This document shows positions 1-13,601 of a stretch of 64,000 nucleotides of DNA, in pieces. The notes beneath the pieces are model-generated. The model saw only the letters and a program-made list of their open reading frames with translations, did no database searches and was not told the DNA's origin. Origin of the DNA: Octopus vulgaris (lineage: Eukaryota); NCBI GenBank assembly GCA_951406725.2, contig OX597828.1, positions 43,400,001 to 43,464,000 of the forward strand. The letters run 5' to 3'. How positions within the stretch are numbered: the first letter of the stretch is position 1; the number at the start of each line of letters is the position of its first letter. A program made the position numbers and the translations under genes.

Positions 1-260
1 CAGAACTGCTCCTCGTCGAAAGGAGAAGAGGATTTGTCCATACGCATAGCTGACAAAGCTACGCACTTCTACATAATTATGGATGCATTATACATGAAAA
101 AACATTAAGAAGATTGAAAGCCATGCCATGTGTGTCTGCGGGCTAAAGGCAATTATGAGATCGAGTTTCACTAATTTGTGTAATAACGACAATAAATAAA
201 CACAACGTACCATCACAATATAAGCATTCTTTATATCAGCCACCTAGACACAGTCAGGTA

Positions 261-330
<70 letters not shown>

Positions 331-421
331 ATATGTATATATATATATGTATGTATATATATATACACATATACACACAAACACATACACACACACACAT
401 ATATATGTATATATATGTATG

Positions 422-457
<36 letters not shown>

Positions 458-462
458 GGTGT

Positions 463-493
<31 letters not shown>

Positions 494-720
494 CATATAT
501 ATGTGAGTGTGTTGTGCGTGTGTCCCTGTGCGTGCGTGTATGTGTGTATGGTGTGTGCATGTATATACACACATTGTAGAAATAAACGAACATGAAAATG
601 CAAAGAGCATATAGGAAGCCTTATTTTACATTTTTTAGGTTATGTGCTTAGAAATTTGCTTGTCAACAACATGGATCCAGTTTCAGTCCCACTGCGTGGA
701 ACCTTCGACAAATGTCTCCT

Positions 721-767
<47 letters not shown>

Positions 768-1263
768 GCAGATATATACACATCTATATCTGTATATGTA
801 TGTGTTTGTTTGCGTCTGTATTTGTTTCCCCACCACCGGTTGACAGACGATGTTGGTGTGTTTTCGTCCCAGTAACTTATCTGGTTGGCAAAAAAGACTG
901 TTAGTGTAAGTACACCGCTTAGACTATAAGTCTTAGTGTTGATTTATTCGATTAAAACCACCTTCCGAGATGGTGCCCCAGCATGGCTGTAATCAACTAT
1001 AATCTTATTTAACCCAGTTATGGTGACATTTTTGTGTTAAATATATTATTTTAGTAAATGATTAAGTACTTTTAACGAAAATTTGGTGAGTATGATTGAA
1101 AAATAATGTTACTATCAAACTGTCTGGAGTGAAAATTTGTTATAATAGCTGCAGTTAGAAATTGTTGGAAATTGCAAGGGAATAAAAATAATTATTTAGT
1201 TCGTAAATTTTCGCATCATCCGTTTAAATATGTTGTGTTTACAAAAGAAATACAAATAAACAG

Positions 1264-1336
<73 letters not shown>

Positions 1337-1619
1337 AGTTGTTGGATATATAGGCGTGTGTGTGCGTCTCTGCACGTACGCGAGTATGTTAAATGAAACA
1401 AACTAACGACCCCCAACCTGACACACACACGAGGTAAGGTGAAGAGGGCTTAATGAAAATCAATGGAAATAAAATGAAATTAACTGACATTTGCGTTATA
1501 ATAAACTTAAAAGAAAGGTATGAACCAATTTCACGAACGAAGATTTTTATATAACCAAGAATAGCATCGATTGTGAACGGTGTATCGTATATTACTTATG
1601 TATTTTATAACATATTCAT

Positions 1620-2220
1620 TCATGGTTCATATCTTTTCATAAACGAATTTTCTTCATCCATTCAGGTTTCGTCTGCGGTATTAACTGCACATTGATAAAG
1701 TGGGAAGACTGAGAATTTGGCAGATTTCGTTGCTGCGCATATGTCCAAATGTCTACTGAGTGGAATTTGTCTAGTACCGGGATCTCATATTTGTTGTCGA
1801 TGAATTGTTAATCTCTGTCTTAATATGAGTGAGTTTGGTTTGTCCAGTGTAATTTTGTCCATCGCTGCATCCATTACATTTGAATGGATATATTAAAATT
1901 TTTGAAGAGCAAGTAAGAGGTTTTTCGTAGTATTCAAAGTTACATGATGTGTCTCGAATAATATTGGTACACATTTCACATTTAGATTGGCCACATTTTT
2001 TTAACTGTTTGAGCAGAGTCTGTAGCTGGTGGTTTTGCCTTCTTAAGCAATTTGTTTTAGCGATTCTACATTTGATTACATTGCTTGTTTGAAGTCTCGT
2101 TTTCATTCCTAGGTCTTGACTATGCATCTGTGTGTTCTAATGGATAATACCAAATATTTCTGTGTTTCTTGAGTTATGCGTTGTAATTAAAGATAGATTT
2201 TGGTGAATCTGAACTGTTTT
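1620..2220 (-). mobile_element. Degenerate Neptune-type PLE fragment (Cys linker + GIY-YIG endonuclease)
   Basis: ORF 1771-2127 KKCGQSKCEMC...LTCSSKILIYPFKCNGC...YTGQTK aligns by eye with KKCGRPNCGIC...FTCASENLIYSLTCSGC..YIGQTK of 11741-12268; frameshifted, boundaries approximate. Confidence 0.75.
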
Positions 2221-2384
2221 TGTTCGTTTAAGCGCTTCAAGGCAGTGCTGAAGCTTGGCCACAGTACAATGACTGAGAGAAGAAAAAGATAGAAGATGTA
2301 AGAGATGCAGCAGAAGGGAAAGAAGAAAGAAGAGAATAGAAAGAAGAATAAGAAGGAGAAGGAGGAGGAGAAAAAAAAATAATA

Positions 2385-2506
2385 ATGTGGTGTATCCTTA
2401 TCAGACGGGTAGTCATGATGGGTATATTGGGCTTCGTATATTTTACCCCAGTGTCACTTTGATGGCATGAACTGCTCTCTCACTCAATAATAATAATAAT
2501 AATTAT

Positions 2507-2570
<64 letters not shown>
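2385..2570 (+). mobile_element. Probable non-LTR retrotransposon 3' end with (AAT)n tail
   Basis: About 100 nt of unique sequence ending ctgctctctcactc runs directly into (AAT)n. Confidence 0.35.
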
Positions 2571-2599
<29 letters not shown>

Positions 2600-3163
2600 A
2601 AGAATGACAACAACAACAACAACAACAACTAGAAGTAAGTGGAGAAGGGCGGTGGGCGGCATTATGATTGCACATTGTTACTGTTGAGAGAAACTAATGA
2701 ATTTTGAATTTTACAAATATATTGGGGTATGTACGCGGTCACATTAAGCAGGATTCATTAAAATGCCATATTGCATTAATTAACCAGATATTTATAATGC
2801 CTCAAATACCAAAACACTGGATGTCATAAAGAATAATGAGCAATAGTTGGAATTTCAAACTCCTGCTAATTTTAATGCCTTTGAGAAAGCCAAAAATTCT
2901 GGGTAGAAAGTAAAGGAGTTGTGTTTTGTTCCATTGTTTATTATGCTGGGAAAAAACAAACAATTGCTATCCGTTTCTTTTCTTCATATGTAATGTTTTG
3001 AAGTCGGTCAGCTGGCAGACGACAAAATACTTAGCGATGGTTCTTCCGGTTTTACATTGTGAGCTGAAATTCCATTGCGGATAATGACTTTAGCTTTTCG
3101 GATCGATAATATAAATACTAGGGTCGATACCATAGATAAGTATTTCGCACATACTTCCCTGTA

Positions 3164-3460
3164 GAGGCACATGGCCAAGTGGTTAGAGCAGCGGACTCGC
3201 GGTCGAGGGATCGCGGGTTCGAATCTCAGATCGGGTGATCTGCGTGTTTATGAGCGAAACACCTAAGCTCCACGTGGCTCAGGCAGAAGGTAATGGCGAA
3301 CTTCTGCTGACTCTTTCGCCACAACTTTCTCTCACTCTTTCCTCCTGCGTCTTGCAGCTCACCTGCGACGGACCGTCGTCCCGTCCAGGTGGGGAACCTA
3401 TACGCCAAGGAAACCGAGAAACCAGCCTTTATCAGCCAGGCATAGCCCGAGAAGGAACAA
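3164..3460 (+). mobile_element. tRNA-derived SINE, family A head with a variant body
   Basis: Box A TGGCCAAGTGG and box B GGTTCGAATC; head shared with 7561-7948, body diverges after about 3340. Confidence 0.8.
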
Positions 3461-3910
3461 ACATACATCCCTCCCCCAGACGTACAAATATTTCAGGCCT
3501 TCTGCCTATAGTGGAAGCAAAATCGTATTTGCATAATGGATTCTGATTTTGGAACAAGGTTGCCATTTTGGAAGAGATGAGTTGGTCAATACCATCCACC
3601 TCAGTACTTGACTGGTACATCATTTTATCGAATGCGAAAGGATGGAAGGCAAAAGTTAGCTTTTATAAACCTCTGTTTATAAAGAAGTGGTAACTATTTG
3701 CTGCATTTGAACCAAAATCAGGATTAATGATAATATGTATTATGATCTTAGAGAATCTATGTAGCTCAATGTTGATTATATAGCATCAGTGCAACCACGT
3801 GCACGGCACATTGGGCATTAGTGAAGCTCCGGGCTAACAAAACATTTTGTGATTGATTTTGGGATACGGAAACTGAGAGGAAGCCTGCGATATGAGTATA
3901 TATCTTATCG

Positions 3911-4281
3911 CAGCACTCCGTCGGTTAGGATGTCGAGGGTTCCGGGTGATCCGAATCAACGGAACAGCCTGCTCGTGAAATTGACGTGCAAGTTGCTGAG
4001 CACTCCACAGACACGTGTACCCTTAACGTAGTTCTCGGGGAGATTCAGCGTGACTTAGAGTGTGACAAGGTTGACTCTTTGATATACAGGTACAACAGGA
4101 AACATAAAGAAAGAGTGAAAGAAAGTTGTGGTAAAAGAGTACAGCAGGGTTCGCCACCACAACCCCTGCCGGAGCCTCATGGAGCTTTAAGAGTGCTTTC
4201 GCTCAATAAACACACACAACGCTCGGTCTGGGAATCCTACGACCGCAAGCCCGCTGCCCTAACCACTGGGCCATTGCGCCT
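3911..4281 (-). mobile_element. tRNA-derived SINE family A
   Basis: Reverse complement of 7561-7948, diverged. Confidence 0.85.
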
Positions 4282-4885
4282 ACGTATATCTTACATATTA
4301 CACATGGATATTATACATATACACATTATATATATAGTGTCAGGCAGAGAAACAGATACATATCCATACATGCGTAAATATACCCATATACACATACAGT
4401 ATATTTAATATAAATATACACATAAAGGAAACAATATTCAAGGTACGACAATTTGTGTTGCATTGTATTGAAATGAAGAACGTGTCTAGTTTAAACATAG
4501 ATAAGGATTGATGTGTGAAGGTTTGAACAGGAAGTGTGGCCCTTTAAGTTCGGAGGTTAAGTCAAAAGCACGGATGTGGGGTGATGTATAGTACCAAAAT
4601 TGTTTTTAGAAAATGACAAAAACACTTTCGCTTCAATCGACAAGAGAACAATAGGAAAAAAGATATTCAGCAAGAGATTAGTAAAGAAATTAAATACCTA
4701 CACACATAAACACGCACAAGCACGCACATGCATACGCATACATACAAGTACACGCATACACACGTACATATATATAGCGTATATATATATATATATATAC
4801 GCTCACTAATATATACACATATACACGACGTTTCATCCCTCGACACAAAACAAAAATTTACTGGCACACAAGCGCATACGTTACT

Positions 4886-4936
<51 letters not shown>

Positions 4937-5012
4937 TTATCGTATGTACACACGCACAAACACCTGTCACAAAATTAATGATGATGACGACGATGATGTT
5001 GATGATGGTATT

Positions 5013-5257
<245 letters not shown>

Positions 5258-5258
<1 letters not shown>

Positions 5259-5469
5259 CCTTTCTATTATAGGTACAAGGGTTCAAATTTGGAGGAGAGG
5301 ATAGTCGATAACATCGACCTCAGTACTCAACTGGTGTTTAATTTATCGACCCCGAAACGATGATAGGCAAAGTCGACCTTGGCGGAATTTGAACTCAGAA
5401 CGTCAAGACGGATGAAATGCCGCTAAACATTTTGTCCAGCGTGCTAATGATTCTGTCAGCTCACCGCCT
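5258..5469 (-). mobile_element. tRNA-derived SINE family B (Nin-domain-like)
   Basis: Homologous to 13201-13431 and 53463-53695. Confidence 0.75.
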
Positions 5470-5610
5470 CAATAATAATAATAAGAATCCTTTCTTCTAT
5501 AGGCACTAGGCCTGAAATCTGTGGGAGGGGCCTTGTCAATTACATCGACCCCCAGAACTCGATTGGTTCTTAATTTAGCGACCTCGAAATGATGGAAGTC
5601 GACATTGAAT

Positions 5611-6002
5611 GGATGGAAGCACTCTGTCGGTTACGACGACGAGAATTCCGTTTGATCCGAATCAACGGAACAGCCTGCTCGTGAAATTAACGTGTAAGTG
5701 GCTGAGCACTCCACAGACACGTGTACCCTTAACGTAGTTCTCGGGGATATTCAGCGTGACACAGAGAGTGACAAGGCCGGCCCTTTGAAATACAGGTACA
5801 ACAGAAACAGGAAGTAAGAGTGAGAGAAAGTTGTGGTGAAAGAGTACAGCAGGGCAGGGATCACCATCCCCTGCCGGAGCCTCGTGGAGCTTTTAGGTGT
5901 TTTCGCTCAATAAACACTCACAACGCCCAGTCTGGGAATCGAAACCGCGATCCTTTGACCGCGAGTCCGCTTCCCTAACCACTGGGCCATTGCGCCTCCA
6001 CA
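5611..6002 (-). mobile_element. Full-length SINE family A with 11-bp TSD
   Basis: cgacattgaat at 5600-5610 and 6003-6013; near-identical to the reverse complement of 7561-7948. Confidence 0.9.
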
Positions 6003-6460
6003 CGACATTGAATACAACAGTATTTACAGGATACCGGAGATAGGCAATTAGCAATTCCTGTTGAAATCAAAAGATCTGACTCAGTGTGGCGTAAGAATAA
6101 AAAGCACACAGAAAAGGCGCTTAAAATTTACGACAGCGTTTTGGGGGAGAATTTTATTCATTTAATTGTGACATAAAACATTACAGAAAAATATACAATC
6201 CACCGTCATCACACTATTCTATATTTTGGGGATGATAAATTATTATGTACGTTCTCTTTTACACTTTTATTTGTTTCAACCAGAACTTATTGTTTGAAAC
6301 GCTAGTACTTATTATATCGCCCGCTTTTGACGAACCGCTAATTTGCGGGGAGGTGAACACACCAACGTCGGTTGTCAAGTAATGGTGGAAGGACAAACAC
6401 AAACATACAAACTCATACACACACACACACACACACACGCGCACACATATACATACATAT

Positions 6461-6493
<33 letters not shown>

Positions 6494-6499
6494 CATACA

Positions 6500-6533
<34 letters not shown>

Positions 6534-6576
6534 CATACATATATACACACACATGCACACACACACACAAACACAC

Positions 6577-6609
<33 letters not shown>

Positions 6610-7191
6610 CGATGGGCTTCTTTCAGTTTCCGTCTAAAAATTCTTGGAAGAGGTGCCCCAGCATGGCCACTGAAACAAATAAAATGACAAAAGATATAAA
6701 AGATATGGTGTTGTCGACACCGGGAAGTTGGAAATGTTAAAACCAGAGTCCAGAGGTTAAGAAAAGTTTTTAAAATCGCATCATCCACTTACGTGAAACT
6801 TGGGTACAATTGGATTGTGTTGGTACATCAAACTCACATTGCGTCCGCGTTAAAGACAAGGCACAGCGTTAAACTTACGCTGACTTCTGGTATGTTTATG
6901 TTCGTTGCCTACTTTGTATTTTTCGGCTATAATTTAAGATTTTCATGTACAACTCGAGCGATTTGAGAAATTTTATCGTCAAACTGGAAAAAAAACATTG
7001 CAAGACAGATAGAACAACGAGGCTGTATATTAAAACATACACATACACATACACACACACGTACACGCACACTCACACACTCATATACATATACATATAT
7101 CGATATATAATTAGGCCAACACGTCGCAGCCTTTGAGCTAAAACGCATAAAAGCATAAAAAGGAACTTATCTCTCTCTCACCCTCTCTCTC

Positions 7192-7246
<55 letters not shown>

Positions 7247-7248
7247 TC

Positions 7249-7285
<37 letters not shown>

Positions 7286-7287
<2 letters not shown>

Positions 7288-7485
7288 TCGCCAAGCTGGA
7301 ACGCTGAAATCTAAAAGGATTTTTTCATTCTCTCTCTGTTTATTTTCTCTTATTCCATTCTGCCGAAGAGCGTAGGCTCGAAACGTAAAAGACTTCTTCA
7401 TTTTCTCAAGCGTCAGAATAATACACCTGTTTGTTGTTTACACACCTACCTTTATCCTTTCTTTTCCTATAACTATCAACTATAC
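7286..7485 (+). mobile_element. Short pLTR-like element with a degenerate hammerhead (7356-7391)
   Basis: ctgccgaa-gagc(gtag)gctc-gaaa-cgta-aaag, with A6 changed to C; homologous to 32770-33022; preceded by (TA)n. Confidence 0.6.
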
Positions 7486-7520
7486 ATACTTATATACATA
7501 CACACACACACATACATACA

Positions 7521-7553
<33 letters not shown>

Positions 7554-7560
7554 TATATAT

Positions 7561-7948
7561 GGAGGCGTAATGGCCCAGTGGTTAGGGCAGCGGACTCGCG
7601 GTCGTAGGATCGCGGTTTCGATTCCCAGACCGGGCGTTGTGAGTGTTTATTGAGCGAAAACACCTAAAGCTCCACGAGGCTCCGGCAGGGGATGGTGGTG
7701 ATCCCTGCTGTACCCTTTCACCACAACTTTCTCTCACTCTTACTTCCTGTTTCTGTTGTACCTGTATTTCAAAGGGCCGGCCTTGTCACTCTCTGTGTCA
7801 CGCTGAATATCCCCGAGAACTACGTTAAGGGTACACGTGTCTGTGGAGTGCTCAGCCACTTACACGTTAATTTCACGAGCAGGCTGTTCCGTTGATTTGG
7901 GATCAACCGGAATTCTCGTCGTCGTAACCGACGGAGTGCTTCCGTCCA
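7561..7948 (+). mobile_element. Full-length tRNA-derived SINE family A
   Basis: ggaggcgtaatggcccagtggttaggg...ggtttcgattcc head; further copies at 14165-14278(-), 21477-21800(+), 46899-46985(+, head only) and 57875-58200(-). Confidence 0.9.
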
Positions 7949-8545
7949 TATATGTGTATATATATAAAACAGAGCTAATAGTGAGGGATTATCAATCCGG
8001 GCAAAATACTTCATAAACTCTCTGCTGGCAAATCCAGGTTAAGAATATTGCTCAAATTCTTGAAGAACTATTCTTATGGCAGGCTCCGAGGTTATGGTTC
8101 ATCACAACTCTATATTGTAAATCTGTGTTTGGGCTCCAGTCAGACTGGTTTTTCCACAGAGTGATATATAAATAAGGCAAAGTATAAATTAATAATCATT
8201 ACGGATTTTTCCTTTATTACAAGAAATTTTGCTCTAATAAAGAAAAAAAACATTTAATGAGCATTATACTTACATTTCGTCTTATATACATATATACACA
8301 CACACACACATACATACATACATACGTACATACATACATACATACATACACACACACATATATATATATATTTAAAAAACACACAAATTACCACCACACA
8401 AGAGCACGGGGTTTATGCCCTTGGCATGTAGGTTCAACCGTGTTTTCTGCCGTGAATTTGCTACCCAGGTATCGATTAACCGAATTATCAATACTAGGAT
8501 AATTCATTCACCTACTTAAATATATATATATATGTATATATATGT

Positions 8546-8626
<81 letters not shown>

Positions 8627-9113
8627 CATGTGCGTGAGTGTGTGCGTTTAAATAGAAAGGGATAGAAAGAGAAAAGAAAGAGGGGGGAGAGAAAATATCA
8701 TAGACAAGGTATATGTGCGTGTGAACGTGTGCACGTGCGTGTATGTGTGTTTGCGTGTGTGTGTGGTGTGTGTTTGTGAACACACATATAAAAAATATAT
8801 AGATACAAATTTCTTACGAGACTTTTCACCTCAGTTGCAAGCGACTTTAATCATATGTAAATATATTGTGTGAAAAACTACGTATAGTAAATTGGAACCT
8901 TTTATGATTGTTAACAATACTTCTATTATTTAGTTTATGGCATGTTATATGATAATTTCTATCTGCGTGTTGTACGTCGCCACCTCTACATACTTGTCTC
9001 TTTCCCCCTTTAATTTAACACATACATACATGCATACGTACATACGTGCACAGACATACACAAACATACACACACAGACGCATGCATACAGACAAAGACA
9101 TATATAAAAACAG

Positions 9114-9209
<96 letters not shown>

Positions 9210-9214
9210 GCACA

Positions 9215-9299
9215 CAGTATTCCCTAGACTATCGCGGATGTTACGTTCAGTAACACCACCTCCGTGATAGGTGAAAATCCGCGAAGTAGAAACAATACT
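9215..9299 (+). mobile_element. pogo/Tigger-like MITE end interrupted by a second MITE
   Basis: CAGTATTCCCTAGACTATCGCGG start resembles Tigger-type TIRs; the sequence continues after 9763. Confidence 0.45.
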
Positions 9300-9757
9300 G
9301 GGATCTTTTTGGTTTGAACGGCAGTTTTTTCTAGCGGTGTCATATGAAATTGTCACCCATAATTATGACCCTAGTATCGATCTATTGCATTTCAATCTGT
9401 TTTAGGGTTAGGATTAGGGTCGGAGGGAAGGGTATCTTTTTTCTTCACAAATGTAAATAAACCCAATCTGTTTGGTAAACGAGGGACATATTCATACGGT
9501 ACAATTGTATCTATATATTTTTATACGTGTGTTCATAAACAACACCACACACACACACACGCACACGTCACTGACTGGTTGAAATTCCAGAAATTGAAGA
9601 AAAAAAACAACAAATGTCTTACAAACTATAGAATTTTCTCAATAAAGCCAAGAGAAAATAATTTTTTATAAACACATTCTACCAGTATACGAAATTTAAA
9701 ATTTTTTAGTTACCTAGAAATTATGTTAAAAACTGCCCTTCTAACCGAAAAGATCCC
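9300..9757. mobile_element. MITE with ~29-bp TIRs, 6-bp TSD and internal TTAGGG-like hexamers
   Basis: gggatctttttggtttgaacggcagtttt ... aaaactgcccttctaaccgaaaagatccc; AATACT at 9294-9299 and 9758-9763. Confidence 0.85.
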
Positions 9758-10189
9758 AATACTGTACTGTATATTTTAAAAATTGTTTTTATAGTTTGTA
9801 TATATTTTATTATAAATTCGAAACAACGCGAAAGAGGAATCGACGTAAGCTTTAAATAACAAAACGCGATATGGCGATGGATTACTGTATATAGACAGAA
9901 AAAAAGTAATAAGAATATAGACGTTTTTTTTTGGTTACACCAGTTTTTCTCAACCGATTTTTTTTTTACCTATGGACACCTTTGATTCTCTTTTACACGG
10001 ATGGAATGTCCTACCCATTCCAATGTTTAAAAGAGTCATATTTTTATAATTCAATATTATTAGGAATTAAGACTGTATAATTAGGAATTTACGTTCTGAG
10101 TTCAAATTCCACCGAGGTTGACTTTGACTTTGCCTTTCATGCTTTCATCGTTGATTAAATAAGTACCAGTTATGTGTATACGTGCGTGA

Positions 10190-10240
<51 letters not shown>

Positions 10241-10290
10241 GTGAGGGTGGGTTTGTGTTTGTGTGTGTGTGTGTGTTTGTGTGTATGTGT

Positions 10291-10530
10291 CACTGTCACC
10301 CTGGATCGACCAGACTACTGGATGTTATTATATACCGCTGCTCGCAACAGGTTTCCTCGCGTTGATTTAGCATTCAAACGATGCCACCCTGTCGTGTAGG
10401 CAGGCAGACCTATATTCCCCATGAAGCAAACGGCAGGCTGCCGCGGCTGAGTAAGATTGGAACAGCGTGAAATAGAAGTTTGTTGCTCTCTGAACACAAC
10501 GATTCCTCTATCCGAGAAACCAACTCACGG
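10291..10530 (-). mobile_element. Old SINE carrying a diverged version of the 25768/62126 tail module
   Basis: gtcaccctggatcgaccagactactggatgtt resembles gatcaccgtgaccgaccaggctatcagatgtt. Confidence 0.5.
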
Positions 10531-10768
10531 TCTTTTCTTGCGTATGGGTCATGCCAATCTTCTCTATAGCATACCAATTTTAGAATAGCTACTGCCGAAG
10601 CCACGATCTTATGGTCGTGTGTGCCACAACCAAAAGACCACTCAATTCGCTGTCTCTTTCTGTCTCTCTAACTCAAAATCTCGCTTTCTCCTCTCTCTCT
10701 CTCACTATGTGTGTATATAGGTATGTGTATATATGTATGTGTATATATATGTATGTGTATATATATAG

Positions 10769-12268
10769 TTAAAACCACTCCTCAAACATGTCAAAAGCTA
10801 TATAAGGGACGACTTAGATATGCTCAATCACCTACCGAATACTATAAACAAAAACACCATACTGGTATCCTTCGATGTAGTCAACTTCTACTCCAATATC
10901 CCCCACAACCTAGGACTAGAGGCAATCCAATTCTGGCAAGAGAATCACGCCAACGAACTACCACACCGCATCAAAAAAGAATTCGTGATAGAAGGGGTTA
11001 AATTCATCCTGGAAAATAACTTCTTCGCCTTCAATGACAACTTCTACCGACAAAAATCGGGGACTGCGATGGGTACACGAATGGCCCCCTCCTTTGCCAA
11101 CCTAGTCATAGGATACCTAGAGATCAGTCTGTATCGTAAGGTTCTAGAAAGATATGGCAGCCCTTTCTCCATCTACATAGAAAACAACTGGAAGAGATAT
11201 CTAGATGACTGTTTCATTCTTTGGCATAAAAATATAGAAAAACTCATAGAATTCCAGGAAATTTTAAACGGACTGGACGTAAACATCCAATTCACGATGG
11301 AATATAGCCAGCAACAACTCCCCTTCCTCGATATCCTCATTAAGAAAGCTAATAATATAATAGAAACAGACATATACTATAAGCCTACAGACTCTAAGCA
11401 ATATCTTCCATTCAATTCATGCCACCCCAGACACACCAGGATGAATATCCCCTTCAATCTAGCAAAAAGGATATGCACTATAGTCTCTAACGCAAACACC
11501 AGAGACACACGACTACAAGAACTAAAAGATACCCTTATCACCAGGAACTATCCACCTTCACTTATTGACAAGTGCATTCAACGTGCCCTTCAACTTAACA
11601 TCAAGGAACTGAGACATCCCAAATCATAGAAAAACTTACAACCAAAAGCCTTACCATACATCTCCACACACAACCCTCTCAATAACGAAGCCTTCGGCAA
11701 CATCCTCCACAACATACCCCTCCTAAAAAAAGACCACAGAATGAACACAATCCTCCAAACACACACGATCATAAAAAGCAAAAGACAGCCTAGATCCATG
11801 AAAAGTCTCCTAACACAAGCCCGAATTCACTCTTCAACACAGAAGCCGACAGTAAAAAAATGTGGAAGACCCAATTGCGGGATATGCGACTATCTAATTG
11901 AGGGATCAGAGTTCTCCTTCAAACAGGGACAACGGTTTACAGTGAAAAGCAACTTCACATGTGCTTCGGAGAACCTAATATACTCACTAACCTGCTCCGG
12001 GTGTCAAGAGCAGTACATAGGCCAAACAAAAAATGGTTTGCGTAAACGAATGGCCCTGCACAGATCCCAGATAAAAATTCCCCAAAACAGAAAAATAGCT
12101 TTTAGCCAACACATGGATACTTGCGCCAACAAAAAAACACCAAACTTCAGGATTTTCCCCCTCTACCAATTTAGGGACGATACAACCTCGAGACAACGAA
12201 TAAGTAAAGAAAATCTCTTTATTACAAAATACAGTCCACTTCTTAACGGGTCTACGACAAACAATTAA
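10769..12268 (+). pseudogene. PLE RT + GIY-YIG ORF in one frame with a single internal TAG (11627-11629)
   Basis: ORFs 10820-11629 and 11741-12268 are in frame (offset 921). The gap reads KNLQPKALPYISTHNP... without stops, and the frame extends upstream as LKPLLKHVKSYIRDDLD. Confidence 0.9.
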
Positions 12269-12921
12269 TATACCTCAACTTTAGAATAAAAGAAATATAT
12301 ACACACACAAATATTACATTCCATAGAATCCATTACTAATCAGCCCCATCACAGCTATACTTTCACCCATTCATATTCTCCCTTCTCTGTTTTTTTCTTC
12401 TTCTTCCTCTTCTTCTTCATCATCATCATTATCATCATCATCGTCGTCATCATCATCACCACCATCATCATCATCATCTTCTCCTTCTCCTTCTTCTTCT
12501 TCTTCTTCTTCTTCTTCTTCTTCTTCTTCTTCTTCTTCTTCTTCTTCATCATCATCATCAACATCGTCATCTTCTTCTTCTTCTTCTACTTCTCCACCTT
12601 CTACCCCTTAACCTTGTCACTAATGCCTTTCAGTATAACGCCTACGCAAATTCCATAAACAATTCCTGAATTGAACTGCGACTGCTGTCAGCCACTGACC
12701 ATTCAAAATACGACCATCAAGGCATTCCCATATTTCCCCACCCCCTCTCCACATCAGCCTTCTGCTTCTCCTACCCTAACAAGAACTCACAACGACCTCG
12801 AACACACAAGTGCAAACAAGGGAGTCAGAGAAAGGCAGAATGCCACTTATATCTGAACACTACTATAGAAATATTCCTTTAAAAAAAACTTTTCTTCTAA
12901 TTTTTCTAAATTTAATTATTT

Positions 12922-12974
12922 AATCGTTACAGTTGAAAAGGTCTCAAAATGACCGAAACCGGTACTGAAAGATT
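12922..12974 (+). ncRNA. Minimal type-I hammerhead ribozyme, U3-A8 variant
   Basis: aatc..cag | TTGAAAA | ggtc(tcaaaat)gacc | GAAA | ccgg TA | ctg..gatt; palindromic stem III ACCGGT; predicted cleavage after GUA at 12964. Confidence 0.75.
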
Positions 12975-13016
12975 CACTATAAAATTATCTTAGCATTTTC
13001 TATTTTTGACTTGTTT

Positions 13017-13069
<53 letters not shown>

Positions 13070-13072
<3 letters not shown>

Positions 13073-13175
13073 CAAATTAAGGGAAAACGAAGGACGAAGA
13101 CAGATGAGGGAACAACGGAACAAGAAGTAGGTGTAATGGTTTTACGCTCGGGAAGAATGGAAAAGACTCCGACGT
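13070..13175 (-). mobile_element. 3' part of a 7286/32770-type pLTR-like element
   Basis: Minus strand acgtcggagtcttttccattcttcccgagcgtaaaacc...cttcgtcc resembles the sequence downstream of the hammerhead at 32936-33000. Confidence 0.45.
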
Positions 13176-13200
13176 GTGTATCTGTATATATATATATATA

Positions 13201-13431
13201 TATTTCTTTACTACCCACAAGGGGCTAAACATAGAGGGGACAAACAAGGACAGACAAAGGGATTAAGTCGATTACATCGACCACAGTGCAAAAGTGGTAC
13301 TTCATTTATCGACCCCGAAAGGATGAAAGACAAAGTCAACCTCGGCGGAATTCGAACTCAGAACGTAACGACAGACGAAATACCGCTAAGCATTTCGCCC
13401 TGCGCGCTAACGTTTCTGCCAGCTCGCCGCC
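13201..13431 (-). mobile_element. SINE family B (Nin-domain-like), full length
   Basis: ggcggcgagctggcagaaacgttagc head, gagttcgaattcc box B, ctttcatcctttcggggtcgataaat central domain; other copies at 28329-28555(+), 35404-35800(-, two), 53463-53695(-) and 57081-57260(-). Confidence 0.85.
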
Positions 13432-13546
13432 TTTTCTGTATATATATATATATGTATGTACGAATATATGGATGTATGCATGTATGTATGCATGCGCACC
13501 TGCATATATGTATGTATGCATGTATGTATGTATGTATGCATGCATG

Positions 13547-13601
<55 letters not shown>

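Larger units (their letters stand above)
10768..13020 (+). mobile_element. Penelope-like retrotransposon, Neptune-type, 5'-truncated, within (TA)n
   Basis: RT motifs SFDVVNFYSNIP, GTAMGTRMAP, WKRYLDD, LPFLD, YYKPT, SCHP; CxxxxCxxC linker; IYSLTC-YIGQT GIY-YIG; 3' region contains a hammerhead. Confidence 0.95.

Noticed and set aside
7561-7635. SINE heads as true tRNA genes
   Set aside because: Imperfect stems, continuous with SINE bodies and no terminator
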